Of a DNA stretch of 64,000 nucleotides, positions 36,955 through 49,618 are shown piece after piece; position 1 is the first letter of the stretch; each line of letters opens with the position of its first letter. The DNA lies in the NCBI GenBank assembly GCA_964016885.1, contig OZ024755.1, positions 16,058,001-16,122,000 on the forward strand, written 5' to 3'. Source of the stretch: Eledone cirrhosa (lineage: Eukaryota). The notes beneath the pieces were generated by a model. That model searched no databases. It was given only the letters and a program-made list of their open reading frames with translations, and was not told the DNA's origin. The position numbers were made by a program, and so were the translations under genes.

Positions 36955-37150
36955 GGGGGATTGGCAGTATCGGTAGAGGGTTGGACACCATACTTTGACG
37001 CATAGAGTTACGGCCCTTTATGGTGTGAGCTCAAATCCCGCCGAGGTTAACTTTGCCTTTCATCCTTACGGGTCGATAAAATAAAGTACCAGTAATGCAC
37101 TGGGTGATTGCTGGCCTTGTGCCAAAAGTAGAAACAATTATTATTATTAT
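36955..37150 (+). mobile_element. Full-length SINE family A copy
   Basis: ggattggcagtatcggtaga (box A), gagctcaaatccc (box B), core, and an agtagaaacaa(tta)n tail. Confidence 0.85.
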
Positions 37151-37242
37151 TACACTATGCTTAGTACAACCCCAAAGTATATACTGATGACAATGTAACG
37201 AGTGCTCACTTTGGTGAACCAACAGTAACTTGACACCCTTAG

Positions 37243-37272
<30 letters not shown>

Positions 37273-37273
<1 letters not shown>

Positions 37274-38333
37274 GGAAACAGAAGGCAACCTGGAGAAGAA
37301 AGATCTGGAAGCTGAAAGACCCCTCAGTCAGTAACAGGTTTAAAGATAAATTACTCGACGCCTATGACAGTAATGAAGAACAGATAAACATTCAATGTAG
37401 AAGAGCACTGGGAGTTCCTAAAAAGTAACTTACTATAAAGGCGACGGACGAGATCTGTGGTTGGAGCAAGTCCACAGGGAGGGGGAGAGTGACTTGGTGG
37501 TGGAACAATAAGGTAGATGAGGCAGTTAAGACTAAGAGACAGGCATGGAAAGAATGGAAGAACGGGGGTAGCAGGGTACATTACATAGAGACCAGAAGGG
37601 AAGCAGAGGATAGAAAATTCAAGCATGTTTTGCAACGTGAGGACCAGAAACAGGTGTTCAAGATTGCGAGGCAGTGTGTCAGAGAGAATTGTGATGTCAT
37701 TGGAGAGAAGTGTATCCAGAATGATAATGGTGAGCTTGTCCTCACAAGTGCCGAGAAGAAAGCTGCGTGGAAGAGCCATTATGAAAGATTACTAAACAAG
37801 GAGAATGCATGGGAAAAAGAGACCCTACCCCAAGCGGACCCTATAGAGGGACCAGCAGTACAAGTCAGCAGTAGCGTAGTATGTCAGGCAATCAAAGATA
37901 TGAAGACAGGGAAGGCAACCGGTCCATCGGGTATAGCTGCCAAGATGCTGAAGGCATCTGGGTCAGTAGGTCACACCATAACCATACGAATTGTTAACCA
38001 GGTAATACTAGAGGGTATCATACCAAAGGATTGGTGCAACAGCATCATTGTCAACTGCTAACTGCTACAAAGGTAAACGTGATGCACTAGATAGAGGAAA
38101 CTATAGAGGTATAAAGCTGATGGGCGAGGTCATGAAAGTAATGGAAAGAGTTATAGCACAGTTGATTAGGGACTGGGTGAAACTAGATGCAATTTGGGTT
38201 TGTACCAGGAAAAGGCATCACTGATGCCCTCTTCCTTGTGAGGCAGTTACAGGAAAAGTACCTAGCTAAAAGTAAGCCGCTCTACCTGGCATTTGTTGAT
38301 CTGGAAAAAGCCTTCGACAGAGTCCCCCGTGCT
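37273..38333 (+). mobile_element. Internal RTE LINE fragment (linker and RT N-terminus)
   Basis: TWWWNNKVDEAVK, WKSHYERLLNKENAW, KTGKATGPSGI and YLAFVDLEKAFDRVP. It is truncated where the 38343 palindrome begins. Confidence 0.9.
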
Positions 38334-38342
38334 ATAAACCGA

Positions 38343-38657
38343 TATTGTGCCTTAATAAAATAAATATTAAAACTCTACTTCGGTATTGGGTACTCCTTTT
38401 ACTAAGCTGTCAACCACATAAGGATATATATATATATATATTGTTATACTTTGGGAGGGTCATGTTGCCAATAAGAAACACATGCACCAGTTGCTTTCAC
38501 TTTCTGAGTGAAAGCAACTGGTGCGTGTGTTTCTTATTGGCATCATGACCCTCCCAAAGTATAACAATATATATATCCTTATGTGGTTGACAGCTTAGTA
38601 AAAGGAGTACCCAATACCGAAGTAGAGTTTTAATATTTATTTTATTAAGGCTCAATA
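38343..38657. repeat. ~315-bp inverted repeat with a 5-nt loop
   Basis: Arms 38343-38501 and 38507-38657, with a few substitutions and different (TA)n lengths. Confidence 0.93.
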
Positions 38658-39708
38658 GTGAGTCTTGTTACTCTGGAGTTTCATTAGACATCAGCTTGTC
38701 TGATAACCTTGTAATAAACCGGCGAAGCTCCAGACTCACTATTCAACCTTATAAATGGGGTTTGGATTGGCTTACATTCGTGTGGTGGCACTCCGTCAGT
38801 TACGTAACGAATGTTCCAGGTGATACAATCAACAGAACAGCCACTTGTGAAATTAACATGCTAGTGGCTGAGCATTCCACAAACATCGATAGCCTTAACG
38901 TAGTCCTCAGGGAGATTCAGTGTGACACACAATGTGACAAGCTTGGCCCTTTCAAATTACAGGTACAACACATTTTTGCCAGCTGAGTGGACTGGCGCAA
39001 TGTGAAAATAAAGTGTCTTGCTCAAGGACACAACACACTGCCAGGAGGTACATTATAAAAAAAAAGAAATCTAATATTAGAAGAAAATGTTGGTATTTTA
39101 TTAATCTGATTTCTAATTGTCTTCAGCTTCACATCTTTTTTCTTTTAACTTTAAGATCACACAGATTCTTCCTCAATTAACTGCACATCTGTCTCTCCCC
39201 CCCCCCCCCTCTCTCGTTTTTTTTGTAGTGTTTGCCTAATGGAAAACATTTTTTTAATATCAAACATGATTTAGGAGGAACAGAATGGTGGGACAGACAG
39301 AAAATAAGCCCATCAAAGTTCTGTTGCTGTGACAACAATATTTTAGACACAGAATTCCAGTCTACCATTAGATTTCTCTCACCCTTATTAAGTATTGATG
39401 TAGTGATACATCAGTAAAAGCATGACAATATTACCTGTAGTTTCTTATTGTTGTGGCTGTTGTTTTTGAGGCTTGTGGGAAAGGTGAGTTGGTGTAACAC
39501 CAAAGATCACGATCCTGTGTCATCACCTTTGAAAGGTGCAATTGTGCAAGGTCAGCTTTTACATAAAACTTTCCATGTTTTTATGTAAAGAATCTTTTTT
39601 CAGTTGTACTTAAGTAATGAGAAAGTTAGTTATTTTACTAAATCACTTCATATTCTTGACTATTTTCAAAGATATTTGAAAATCGTAGGCAGTGTCTTTC
39701 ATTAGAAA

Positions 39709-39910
39709 TATGAGGATTGGCTGAAAATTTCATAGGCTGACCAAGATACCCTCATAGAATGACCAAATGAGATTTATTTTTCAACATAGTCCCTGGAAAG
39801 AAACAATGCAGTTATTAATAAGAAAAGTTGAAATTAATTCATTCAAGATTTCACAGCTCTAGCATCGCCCCTTCATAGTTACCCGTAAACTTTTCAGCTT
39901 ACCCTTGTAT
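39709..39910. mobile_element. Tc1/mariner-like MITE
   Basis: tatgaggattggctgaaaatttcataggct...aacttttcagcttacccttgta. Confidence 0.75.
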
Positions 39911-40070
39911 GTATAATGATAGGGTTAAAGCCAAGGGTTTGATGAAGGGGGTGGTGCAGACGAAATGGCCTTACAACACTTGAAGCTGTTGTCGTCTTGT
40001 TATTGTTCTTTTTCTTGTTCTACATTAAATCTGATGCGTAAAATCTCTCTGATTCTGAAAATTATTATTA

Positions 40071-40243
40071 CTAGATGCAGGCAACGTCTTCTTCCTCTTT
40101 CTGTCACTCATTTTCTCTCTCTCTCTTTAAACAAATAACATTCCTTTTTTCCCTCTATTTATGTACATATCTCTTAGCACTCCACCTCTCGATATAAAGT
40201 TAATGTGATGGACAGACAGACAACACTCTTATTATAATATAGA
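40071..40243 (-). mobile_element. Very short Helitron-type non-autonomous element
   Basis: The minus strand reads A|TCTATATTATAATAAGAGTGTTGTCTGTCTGTCC...CTAG|T, giving canonical TC/CTAG termini between A and T. Confidence 0.6.
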
Positions 40244-40264
40244 TTATTATTATTATTATCATAA

Positions 40265-40610
40265 TTGGATTGGCAGTATCGGTAGAGCATTGGTCACATG
40301 CTTCGCAGCATAGAGTTAAGGCCCTTTGCACTCTGAGTTCAAATCCCGCCAAGGTCAGCTTTGCCTTTCATCCTTATGAGGTTAATAAAATTAAATACCA
40401 GTCACGTGCTGGGGTCAATTTAATCAACTTTCCCCTCCCCCAAAATTGCTGGGCTTGTGCCTAAATCAGAAACTATTGTGGCCCTTTATGTTCTGAGTTC
40501 AAATCCCGCTGAGGTTAGCTTTGCTTCTCATCTTTACGAGGTTGATAAAATAAAGCACCAGTAATGCTCTGATGTCGATTTAATCGGTTTTCCCCTCCCC
40601 CAAAATTATA
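40265..40610 (+). mobile_element. Two tandem SINE family A copies
   Basis: The same core appears twice, head to tail. Confidence 0.8.
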
Positions 40611-42355
40611 ATTACAAATAAGTTTTTGAAACAGCAAGCAAAGTTTGAAATAGAAATAAAAGCTTTCGCTCTATTTTTTGACTAAAGAAATTTGGGGTTT
40701 AAAGGCCTCTAAGAAATGGAAAAAGATGAGTCTATTTTAAACCCAACTATCAGGTTAAAATTTCTCTAGTTCAAAAATACGAGGAAAGCTTCTATTTCTA
40801 TTATCATTTTTTTTACATATATATTGCAAATTGTTTAACCATTAGTATTATTGTTACCAAGTCAACAGTGATTTGTTGACTTGGTCATGATGTCATTATT
40901 ACAGCATGGCAGCTGGTTGGCTTTTTGTTCAGCAAATCACACTATGTTGCAATAGCAGCTAATTCTATTATAAAGAATCAGTTGGAAGCAGATTTTTGTC
41001 TCTCTTCTCTTCTCTCTCTCCTCGTTTCTATTTCTATGGATGATATCTTTCTTGAAATTTTCTTCAAATCATGTTAAACCTTGGTAATTAGCTATTCCAA
41101 CAAAACATGACCTCGGAGATGAAATTACTTACGTGTGAATTACACAACAGAGTAATTTCTTGACAGAAATCAATCTTATTTTTGTTGTTGTGGTGGTGAT
41201 GGTTGTGGTTGTTGTGGTGGTGATGGTTGAGTTGTTGTGGTTGAGTTGTGATGGTTGTGGTTGAGTTGTTGTGGTGGTGGTGATGGTTGTGGTTGAGTTG
41301 TGGTGGTGGTGGTGATGGTTATGGTTGAGTTGTTGTGGTTGAGTTGTGATGGTTGTGGTTGAGTTGTTGTGGTGGTGGTGATGGTTGTGGTTGAGTTGTG
41401 GTGGTGGTGGTGATGGTTGTGGTTGAATTTTGTGGTGATGGTGATTGTTGAGTTGTTGTGGTGATGGTGATTGTTATGGTTGAGTGGTGGTGGTTGTGGT
41501 TGAGTTGTGGTGATGATGATTGAGTTGTGGTGATGTGGTAGTTGTTGTTTGTTCTCCCGATAACGGAACTTCGTTTTAATAGTTTCCTCTGTGTTATGTT
41601 ATCTGCTGTCAGTGTCTGATTGTCTTAATTAGCATCATCACCACCATCATTGCCATCATAAACATCACCACCACCATCACTATCATCATCACCATAATCA
41701 TTACCATTATCAACACCATTTTCATTGTCACCACCACCGTCATCATCACCACTACCGTCATCATCACCACTACCGTCATCATCACCACCTTTACTGTAAA
41801 GAATAAATAATTATTATCATCATTCATTGTTGCCATTGATATTATTGTTGTTATTATCATTATTATTATTAGGAAAATTTATGCCATATCATTTTTTTTT
41901 TTTGTATGTTAAAAAGAAAAAGCTATTTCTATGAATCATGTATATAATTTCTTAGAGAACTATTGTGTGTATGTGAGACTATGTGCATTTGTGTAAGTGT
42001 AGCTATGCACATTGTGTGTATGTGTGACTGTGCATTGTGTGTGTGACTGTATTGTGTGTATGTGTGCATGTGACTATGTGCATACGTGTGTCTGTGTTGT
42101 GGAGGTAATGAATGGTGGTGGTTGAGGTGGTGCTTAGGTTATCATTTTTTAAATGATATATTTAACAATTTGTCTAGAGTTACTTATTGCTATTGAATTT
42201 TGAAACCTTGAAATGTAGGTTAGGGAACAGTCAGATTTGAAAAAACAAAACAGAAAAACATATGTATAGATAGAGATAGATCGACAGACATATACATACA
42301 TATAGATAGATAGATAGAGAGATAAGTATATATATTTATTAAAATAACAGATTAA

Positions 42356-42406
42356 AGTTTAAGCAAAGAATCTCTGCTTTCACCCTTAATGGGATCTTCT
42401 GAAACT
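42356..42406 (-). ncRNA. Type I hammerhead motif with one core change (U4A)
   Basis: Minus strand: agttt CAGAAGA T CCC attaa GGG T GAA AGCAGAG att CTTTGCT T aaact, followed by AATAAA and (TA)n. Confidence 0.68.
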
Positions 42407-42490
42407 AAAAAAATCAATTTGTGAACGCAGAAGTAAATATTTCGAAAAACGTTGCAACCGAAGGAAGACGGGAAGACGATACTTTGGTTC

Positions 42491-42763
42491 GTGGAAACGT
42501 TCCCTGGCAAAGAACGGAAAAAAACGAAGAAAATATGTCATTATTTGGAGCGGTGAAAACAATTACACGCAACGACAAAACCACTTTATGGTTTAAATGA
42601 AGTCGTAGACTAATATTCTATTAGGTGGTTTGTGGAGACATTCTCTGGCAATGAACGGAAAAAATGAAGATAATACGTCATTATGAGGAGCGATGAGAAC
42701 AATTACACGCAAAGACAAAACTACGTTTATGGTATAACTGAAGTCGTAACTAAAATTCTATTA
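42491..42763. repeat. Two diverged ~135-bp tandem units
   Basis: gtggaaacgttccctggcaaagaacgg..acaattacacgcaa.gacaaaac..gaagtcgta..attctatta at 42491 and 42632. Confidence 0.85.
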
Positions 42764-43120
42764 ATACAAGGACAATTTGTTGAGCCTTCATTATATTTAT
42801 TGATTGGTGACGCGCGTTTCGCTATCGATCAGCTCAAGGTTTGATCTGTATTAATCTGGCCCGACTCGGGAATCAAAAGCTCGTCGGACTTCTGCTGTTG
42901 TAATGACAGAATGAACGTATAAAGCATAGAAATGTCTGTAACATTTCATGTTGATATAGTGGTCAGTTTGTGTTTGTTTTGATTGGTGGTTTAGCTATGA
43001 GGAATGTTTTGGCATGAGTGATAGGCGATGGTTGATGTGAGTTGCGGGGGTGTGGTGTTTTGGCTTATCAGAGACATTTTGGCGTGTATGTGGTGAGGCG
43101 GAGATGCAGTGTGATGTGGA
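42763..43120 (-). mobile_element. Penelope-like 3' fragment, non-folded relative of 32901-33218
   Basis: Shares aatacaaggac..gacgcgcgtttcgctat..aaaagctcgtcggac with the 32.9-kb element. It has GAAACGCGCGTC followed by AATAAA. Confidence 0.55.
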
Positions 43121-43150
43121 TATATATATATATATATATATATGCATGTG

Positions 43151-43228
<78 letters not shown>

Positions 43229-43266
43229 CAAAAATGTTCGCTCTACATGGCTGAATACAATAAATG

Positions 43267-43511
43267 TAATCTGAGTTTTTTTAATATTAATAATAATATT
43301 CGATTCGTTTGCAATTATGCAAACGAGCCTCATTTTTAAAGTCATCTCAGTAGAATGAGCCCTTCATTCTTGCTCTTATGTTGGCATGTAACAGAACTGT
43401 TTACATGCCAACTGAGGGCTCATTCTACTGACATGGCTTTAAAAATGAGGCTTGTTTGCATAATTGCAAACAAATCGAATATTATTATTAATATTGGAAA
43501 AACTCAGATTA
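43267..43511. repeat. Long inverted repeat with a single-copy tail at 43222-43266, within (TA)n
   Basis: taatctgagttttt..gcaaacgagcctcatttttaaag..gttggcatgtaa / ttacatgccaac..ctttaaaaatgaggcttgtttgc..aaaaactcagatta. Confidence 0.9.
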
Positions 43512-44162
43512 TATATATATATATATATATATATTGATAAATTCCGACCTTACACATTTACACCTCTCTAAGACAATGTCACTGGACTGAGATCTTTAGC
43601 GCTACGCAGTAATACAGAAGACCCGCCTTGCCTATGTACAAAGCGAAACCTACAGTCAGTAGACACCTCTTAACCAAATATATACCTCATCCCACTACCC
43701 CTACTACGCCCACTCCCACCAACACCACCCTTTCTCTGTAAAGTTATGTTGGTACCACGACATCCAGTCCAAAATAAATGAGGTCATGTAGGTGTCACGA
43801 CAAAAAAAACACAATCCATGCTGTAATGTGGCCGTGTAGGTAACACGGTAAAAACCTCTCAGTCCACACTGTAAACGTGGTTGGTGTTAGGAAGGGCATC
43901 CATCCATAGAAAACCTGCCAGACAGTCCTATACGAGCGAGACATGGTCACCCACCCGATCTTGCTTCAAGTAGGACAATTCCCATCTAAACCCATGTTAG
44001 CGTGGAAGATAGACGTTAAACGATGATGATGATATATATATATGTGTATTATACTTTGGGAGGGTCATGCTGCCAATAAAAACATGTGCACCTGTTGGTT
44101 TTTACTTCAACTTATAAATTTTCGGTTGGTTGGTTCGATAATCGGATGGTTGTTTATATATT

Positions 44163-44205
44163 GTCAAAGCTCTTTCATCACACATTCTGTGACCTCCTCA
44201 GTGAC
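44163..44205 (-). ncRNA. Minimal type I hammerhead motif, same family as 19289-19331
   Basis: Minus strand: gtca CTGAGGA G GTCAC agaatgt GTGAT GAA AG ag CT T tgac. Confidence 0.68.
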
Positions 44206-44364
44206 TAGGTTTTTATTGTCTCTCTCCTTTGTTCTGTCCTACACCATCTTGTTTTTGTGTGTTGTGTGCTTAGTTTGAGCATACATTACATCCGGGTGTG
44301 TGTTTGTGTTTTTATTTAATTATTTATGTATTTATTTACTTGCCACTAGTTGGTTGTTTTTTTT

Positions 44365-44705
44365 TATCTGTGACACACACAGAGCTGTAAGAAAATCTTG
44401 ATATAAGAGGAATCAGATGTAGTGTGCAGGGGAAGAGGAGACTGCGCTGGTATAGTCATGTGATGTGTATGGATGATAATCATTGGGTGAAGTTGTATCA
44501 AGAAATCCCAGTGGAATGGAGCTACAGTAGAGGAGAGGAGGGCAAGAAAGACCTGGACAGAGATTGTGGGAGCTGATCTCAGATCACTGAATCTGACAGT
44601 CAAGTTGAGGAAGGACCGTGATGATGAGAGGGATGCTTGCTGGAAAAGACCAGTCCAATGCGTACATACAAGCATGGAAAACAGCCATAATACAGTGAGG
44701 ATGAT
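44365..44705 (+). mobile_element. Degraded RTE LINE 3' fragment
   Basis: Decayed RLRWYSHVM..GRARKTW coding, followed by a gcatggaaaa..tgatgat tail. Confidence 0.7.
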
Positions 44706-44739
44706 GTTGACATATAGATAATAATAGCTTTGGCTTTAG

Positions 44740-44950
44740 AATAATAATGATAACAATAATGAAATTATTGTGTACAGTGCTCAGGTGCACTACAACTCAT
44801 CAAAGGTGCATGTATAGTACATAGAATAATATACAAATGTCAGGAAAATGAACAGTGTATGAGTCATAAATACATGTGTTCATGTGTATGGAGGGGGAAT
44901 ATTAGGTGTAGTGTTGGCGAATCTCAGGAAGCATGGAGGTTTTAAAGGAT
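44740..44950 (-). mobile_element. Shorter copy of the same CR1/L2-type 3' end
   Basis: Near-identical to 51885-52082 (gaaattattgtgtacagtgctcaggtg..ctcaggaagcatggaggttttaaagga). Confidence 0.8.
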
Positions 44951-45410
44951 ATAGAAACTACATGATATGATGGCTGCAGCTTGATAATATCTGTCTTCCC
45001 CATTCAATGGCTGTGCAGTCCAGTTACGTATGTCGAGTTTTGGAAGATGGGTGGTCAGCATTTGATTTGTTGAATTTAAAGGGTGTGTACAGTTTGGTTT
45101 GGCACGAGTCATGAGTACAGGTTGGTGTTTAATTTAGGGTGTTTGTGGACTGATTGAAGCAATAGAGGTCTTATTTACAGATTATATATATATATATATA
45201 TATATATAGTACCCAGCCCACACTAAAGTGGACATGTAAAAGACATGGCAAAAAGCACTCAGCACACACTGTCAATGTGGTTGGCGTTAAGAAGGACATC
45301 CAGCCAGAAACACCCCTATATGAACGAGACAGTCACCCGACTCAACTTGCCTCTAAATGAGACCCATCTAACCCATGCTACCATGGAAGATAGACATTAA
45401 TCGATGATGA

Positions 45411-45448
<38 letters not shown>

Positions 45449-45461
45449 TTTTATTATATAT

Positions 45462-45920
45462 GATTTAATCGACTTTCCCCTTGTGCCTAAATCAGAAACA
45501 ACTATTATTAGGGTGGATTGGCAGTATCTGGAGTGTCAGACACCATGCTTGCAGCATATAGTTACAGTTCTTTACATTCTGAATTCAAATCCCACTGAGT
45601 TAGCTTTTCCTTTCGTCCTTACTGGGTCAATAAAATAATGCACTGGGGTTGATTTAATTGACTTTCCCCTTTAACGTCGAATTGCTGGCCTTGTGTCAAA
45701 TGTAGAACCAATATTATTATTGGTGGATTGGCAGTATTGGTAGAGGGTCCGACGCCATGCTTTGCAGCAAAGAGTTACGGCCCTTTATGGTCTGAGCTCA
45801 AATCCCGCCGAGCTTAACTTTGCCTTTCATCCTTACGGGGTCGAAAAAATAAAGTACCAGTAATACACTGAAATAATTGCTGGCCTTGTGCCAAAAAGTA
45901 GAAACAATATTATTATTATT
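45462..45920 (+). mobile_element. Three head-to-tail SINE family A copies
   Basis: Each copy ends in gaaacaa(tta)n, immediately followed by the next ggtggattggcagta head. Confidence 0.85.
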
Positions 45921-46224
45921 TAAACTACATTTGATGTTATTTCCTGTTGTAGATTCTGCTTTCTTTCACTTTATTACCTTCCTTTCTCTGTTTTATTCTC
46001 TCCCCCCCCCCCCCCCCCCCACCCTACCCAAGTTCACCTTTCCTGGTCATGTGACATTTTCCTAAACCTGTTTCTCTTTCTCTATCTCTCCATCTCCTTC
46101 CCTCTTACCTTACACACTCTCCTCTTTCTCCACTCTCCATCTCCCTCCCATTTTCCTTACACATGCTCTTTTTTTATATCTCCACCTCTCTCTTTCTCTC
46201 CATCTCCCTCCTTCCTTACACCTG

Positions 46225-47125
46225 CTACAGCCACCACCATCATCACTATCATCATAACTTCACCTTTACTCTAACACAATCACCATAATACTACTGCCAC
46301 CACCATCATCATCATCATCACCATTTCACCCCCTACTGCCAACACCATCTTCACTATTATCAGAGTGCCACTGTCATCACCATCATTGCCAAATTACATA
46401 TTATTACTGCTACTAATACCACCACAGTCACACATGATGCTGTCATCATCATCACCATCACCACCATCACTACCACCATCATTGATACTATCACCACCAC
46501 CACCACCACCACCACTATCACTGTCATTACTACCACCATGATACCAACATTGATATCACATTATCACCATTACTACTTCTACCACCATATCAGACAATCA
46601 CCACCACCACCACTACTACCAACACCACCACCACTATCACCATCACCACTACTACCATCACCACTACTACCAACACCAGCACCACTATCACCATCACCAC
46701 TACCACCACCAGACCACACCTAAACATCCACTAATGAGTAAAGTGGGCCTCTATGTTGTTGCTACGCATGCTAGAAATAACAGCCAAATCACCATCAGCA
46801 GCACCACTAACATTGTTACCAGTTGCATGATGACCACCACCACCACCACTATCATTACTACCACTAACACAACCATCATTACCACTACCACCACTGCCAC
46901 TACTAGCATAACCATCACTACCACCAACAACACCACTACTATCACTGTACTTAACCATCACCACCACCACCGTAACCATAATTACCAACAACAACAACAA
47001 CACTACCACCACCACCTCCAACATCACCACTATCACAACACCATTTTGTTCATGTTATATTTACAACAACACTAACACCAACAACAACACTATTATCAAC
47101 AACAACACTAACACCAACACCATTT
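46225..47125. repeat. (CAC/CAT/CAA)-rich low-complexity tract
   Basis: Degenerate trinucleotide repeats. Similar tracts lie at 19980-20360, 41185-41545 and 41633-41790. Confidence 0.9.
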
Positions 47126-47523
47126 TGTTCATGTTATATTTCCAGTATTTGGAAGCTACAACAATAAAACCTCAACAGTATTAGATGTTGTTATTCTTGT
47201 TTATGAAACAGATATAAACCACTTAAGTTCTGCTAAATGTTATTTTTATTCCAACTATTTTGCAGTTTAGATTTTCCTGTCATCATTACCTAGCATTTAT
47301 TGTGTTTCTTGTATGCATATATATATATATGAATCTATCTATATATATATATGAATCTATCTATATATATATATGAATCTGTGTATATTTATATATGTGT
47401 GTGTGTATCATCATCGTTTTACGTCAATTCTTCCATGCTGGCATGGGTTAGACGAATTGTTCTGTTGTTGGCAATGTTAGGTCAGGTGACCATGTCATGC
47501 CATACACAACTGATGTATGTATG

Positions 47524-47554
<31 letters not shown>

Positions 47555-47989
47555 CAATTTTATATCTATGTTTATCATATCTCATATCAATTTAATATCT
47601 CATATTGTTCATCGTTGTCATTGTTTCTATGACAGTTTTTCCATGCTAGCATGGGTTGGATGAGACTTTTTGAGGCAGCGTTTTTTGGCTGGATGCCCTT
47701 CCTAATGCCAACTCTTTGAGTCATCTTTTAAGATATAGTGGGCCTTCTCTAAGAACTGAGATACATATGCACCCAGTCCATGCTGTAAAATGGTAGTGCT
47801 GGTGCTATAAAAAATGTACCAGGTACATCCTGTAAGGAGATTGGCATTAGGAAGAGCATCTGGCTATAGAAACCAAGCCCAATATGGAGTATAATAAGCA
47901 AGATGAGGTCTCTCTGACCCATCTGGTCTCAGACTCTTCCGACTTTGATTTGGTCTGCTTACTATATGTAAGATAAAACTGAAGGGTCC

Positions 47990-48370
47990 TCCGAACCCTT
48001 TGTTTGGCAAGCTTTCTACAGCTGGATGCCCTTCCTATCATGAACCACTTTACAGCGTGTACTGGGTGTGTTTATCACGTAGATCACCAACTCTAGGGAA
48101 GCTGTCGTGTCCTTGGCATGACTGAAGGTTCCTCCCAGCCCTTTGTTTGGCAAGCTTTCTATGGTTGGATGCCCTTCTTGTCACTAACCACTTTACAGTG
48201 TGTACTGGAGTCTTTTATCATGTTGATCACCAATATTAGGGAGGCTGTCTTTGTCACAACTAAAGGATCCTCCCAACCCTTTGTTTGGCAGGCTTTCTAT
48301 AGCTGGTTGCCCTTCCTATCACTAACCTCTTTACAGCATTTATTGGTTGTATTTATTGTGTAGATCACCA
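47990..48370 (-). repeat. About three tandem ~140-bp units of RTE 5'-UTR-like sequence
   Basis: ccctttgtttggcaagctttcta..gatgcccttcctatcactaaccactttacag repeated three times. Two related units lie at 27405-27620 (plus). Confidence 0.75.
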
Positions 48371-49284
48371 AGTCTATATATATATATTCATACATAGGAT
48401 GCAGGCAGATTTCAAAATCAAATTTATTTCTGAAAAAAAGTCCATCTTTTAAACTGGAAAATACTGTTGATAAAAGCAACGTTTTTATTAAAATATATTA
48501 ATAAATCATAATTTTACTATCATTTTAAATAGATTGATCCAAAATGTTTTTTAAAGGTTTGGTTACATATATCAATATGATCATTATATATAAGATCTCT
48601 CTCCTCTCTCTCATTTTTTATGTTAAATTTTCCATGTATATCTTTCTAACTATGTTTATGTGGATGCCGGAATGACTTTGTAGTTAAGAAGTTTGTTTCG
48701 CAATCCTGTGGGTCCTAGGTTCAATCTCACAGCATGGAACCTTGGGCAAGTATCCTTGCTATAGTCTCAGGTCTCCCCAAGATGGAAACTGTGGAAGCTC
48801 TTTGTAATTCAAAGTTCCAGCCTTGTCACATATTGTGTCCTGCTGATTCTGCCTGAGAATTATACTAAAAGTACAGTGGAATACTCAGCACTTATACATT
48901 AATTCAATGAGTTGGATGTTCAGTTGATGTTGATTAAACAACTGGAATATGTGTATATCATCATCATCACTGTTTTATGTCCATTCTTCCACACTAGAAA
49001 GGGATAGACAAGTTGTCCTGTTGTGGGCAATGATAGGTCAGGTGACCATGCCTTGCTTATACAGAACTGATTTGGGCTTGGTTTCTACAGCTGGATGCCC
49101 TTCCTAATGCCAACCTCATTTCCAGTCAGTACTGGGTGCTTTTTCTCATGACGCCTACATGACTACTTTACAGTGTGGACCGGGTGCTTTTTGTCGTGAT
49201 GCCTACATGACCACTTTACAGTGTGGGCTGGGTGCTTTTGTCATGATACTTACATGACCCCTATACAGTGGGAGGGTGGCACAT

Positions 49285-49475
49285 ATATCATTATCATTTT
49301 TTTTTTCTACTCTTGCAAAGGTTGGATGGGTCTTTCTCAGTACACCATCTCTTTACTCTTCACATTCTTTTGTCAACTCCTTTGTGAGTCTCAGCGATTT
49401 GAGTTCAGCTCTCACCACTTCTGCCCAGGTCTTTCTTGATCTACCTCTACTGCAGCTTCCTTCCACTGGGATTTG
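49285..49475 (-). mobile_element. Degraded RTE LINE 3' fragment
   Basis: IPVEGSCSRGRSRKTWAEVVRAELKSLRLT in the ORF track. Confidence 0.75.
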
Positions 49476-49582
49476 TGTGTGTGTGTAGATGGCAATATGA
49501 AAGGACCTGTTATTTTTCTCTAAAAACATTTTTTCTAATTCCACCTCGCCCGTCCCTTCAATCTTTCTAATTTCTCATTCTT

Positions 49583-49618
49583 TCTTCTGATGAAGGACTA
49601 GCGTCCAAAATGTTAAGA
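49583..49618 (+). ncRNA. Degenerate minimal hammerhead (Penelope-type)
   Basis: tctt CTGATGA A GGAC tagc GTCC AAAA tgtt aaga. The sister copy at 23155-23190 keeps GAAA but has CTCATGA, so the two-copy consensus restores the core. Confidence 0.6.

Noticed and set aside
39441-39483. Possible exon ending at a strong AAG|gtgagt donor
   Set aside because: The acceptor is weak, and joining it to the 36655 exon gives a stop after nine codons.
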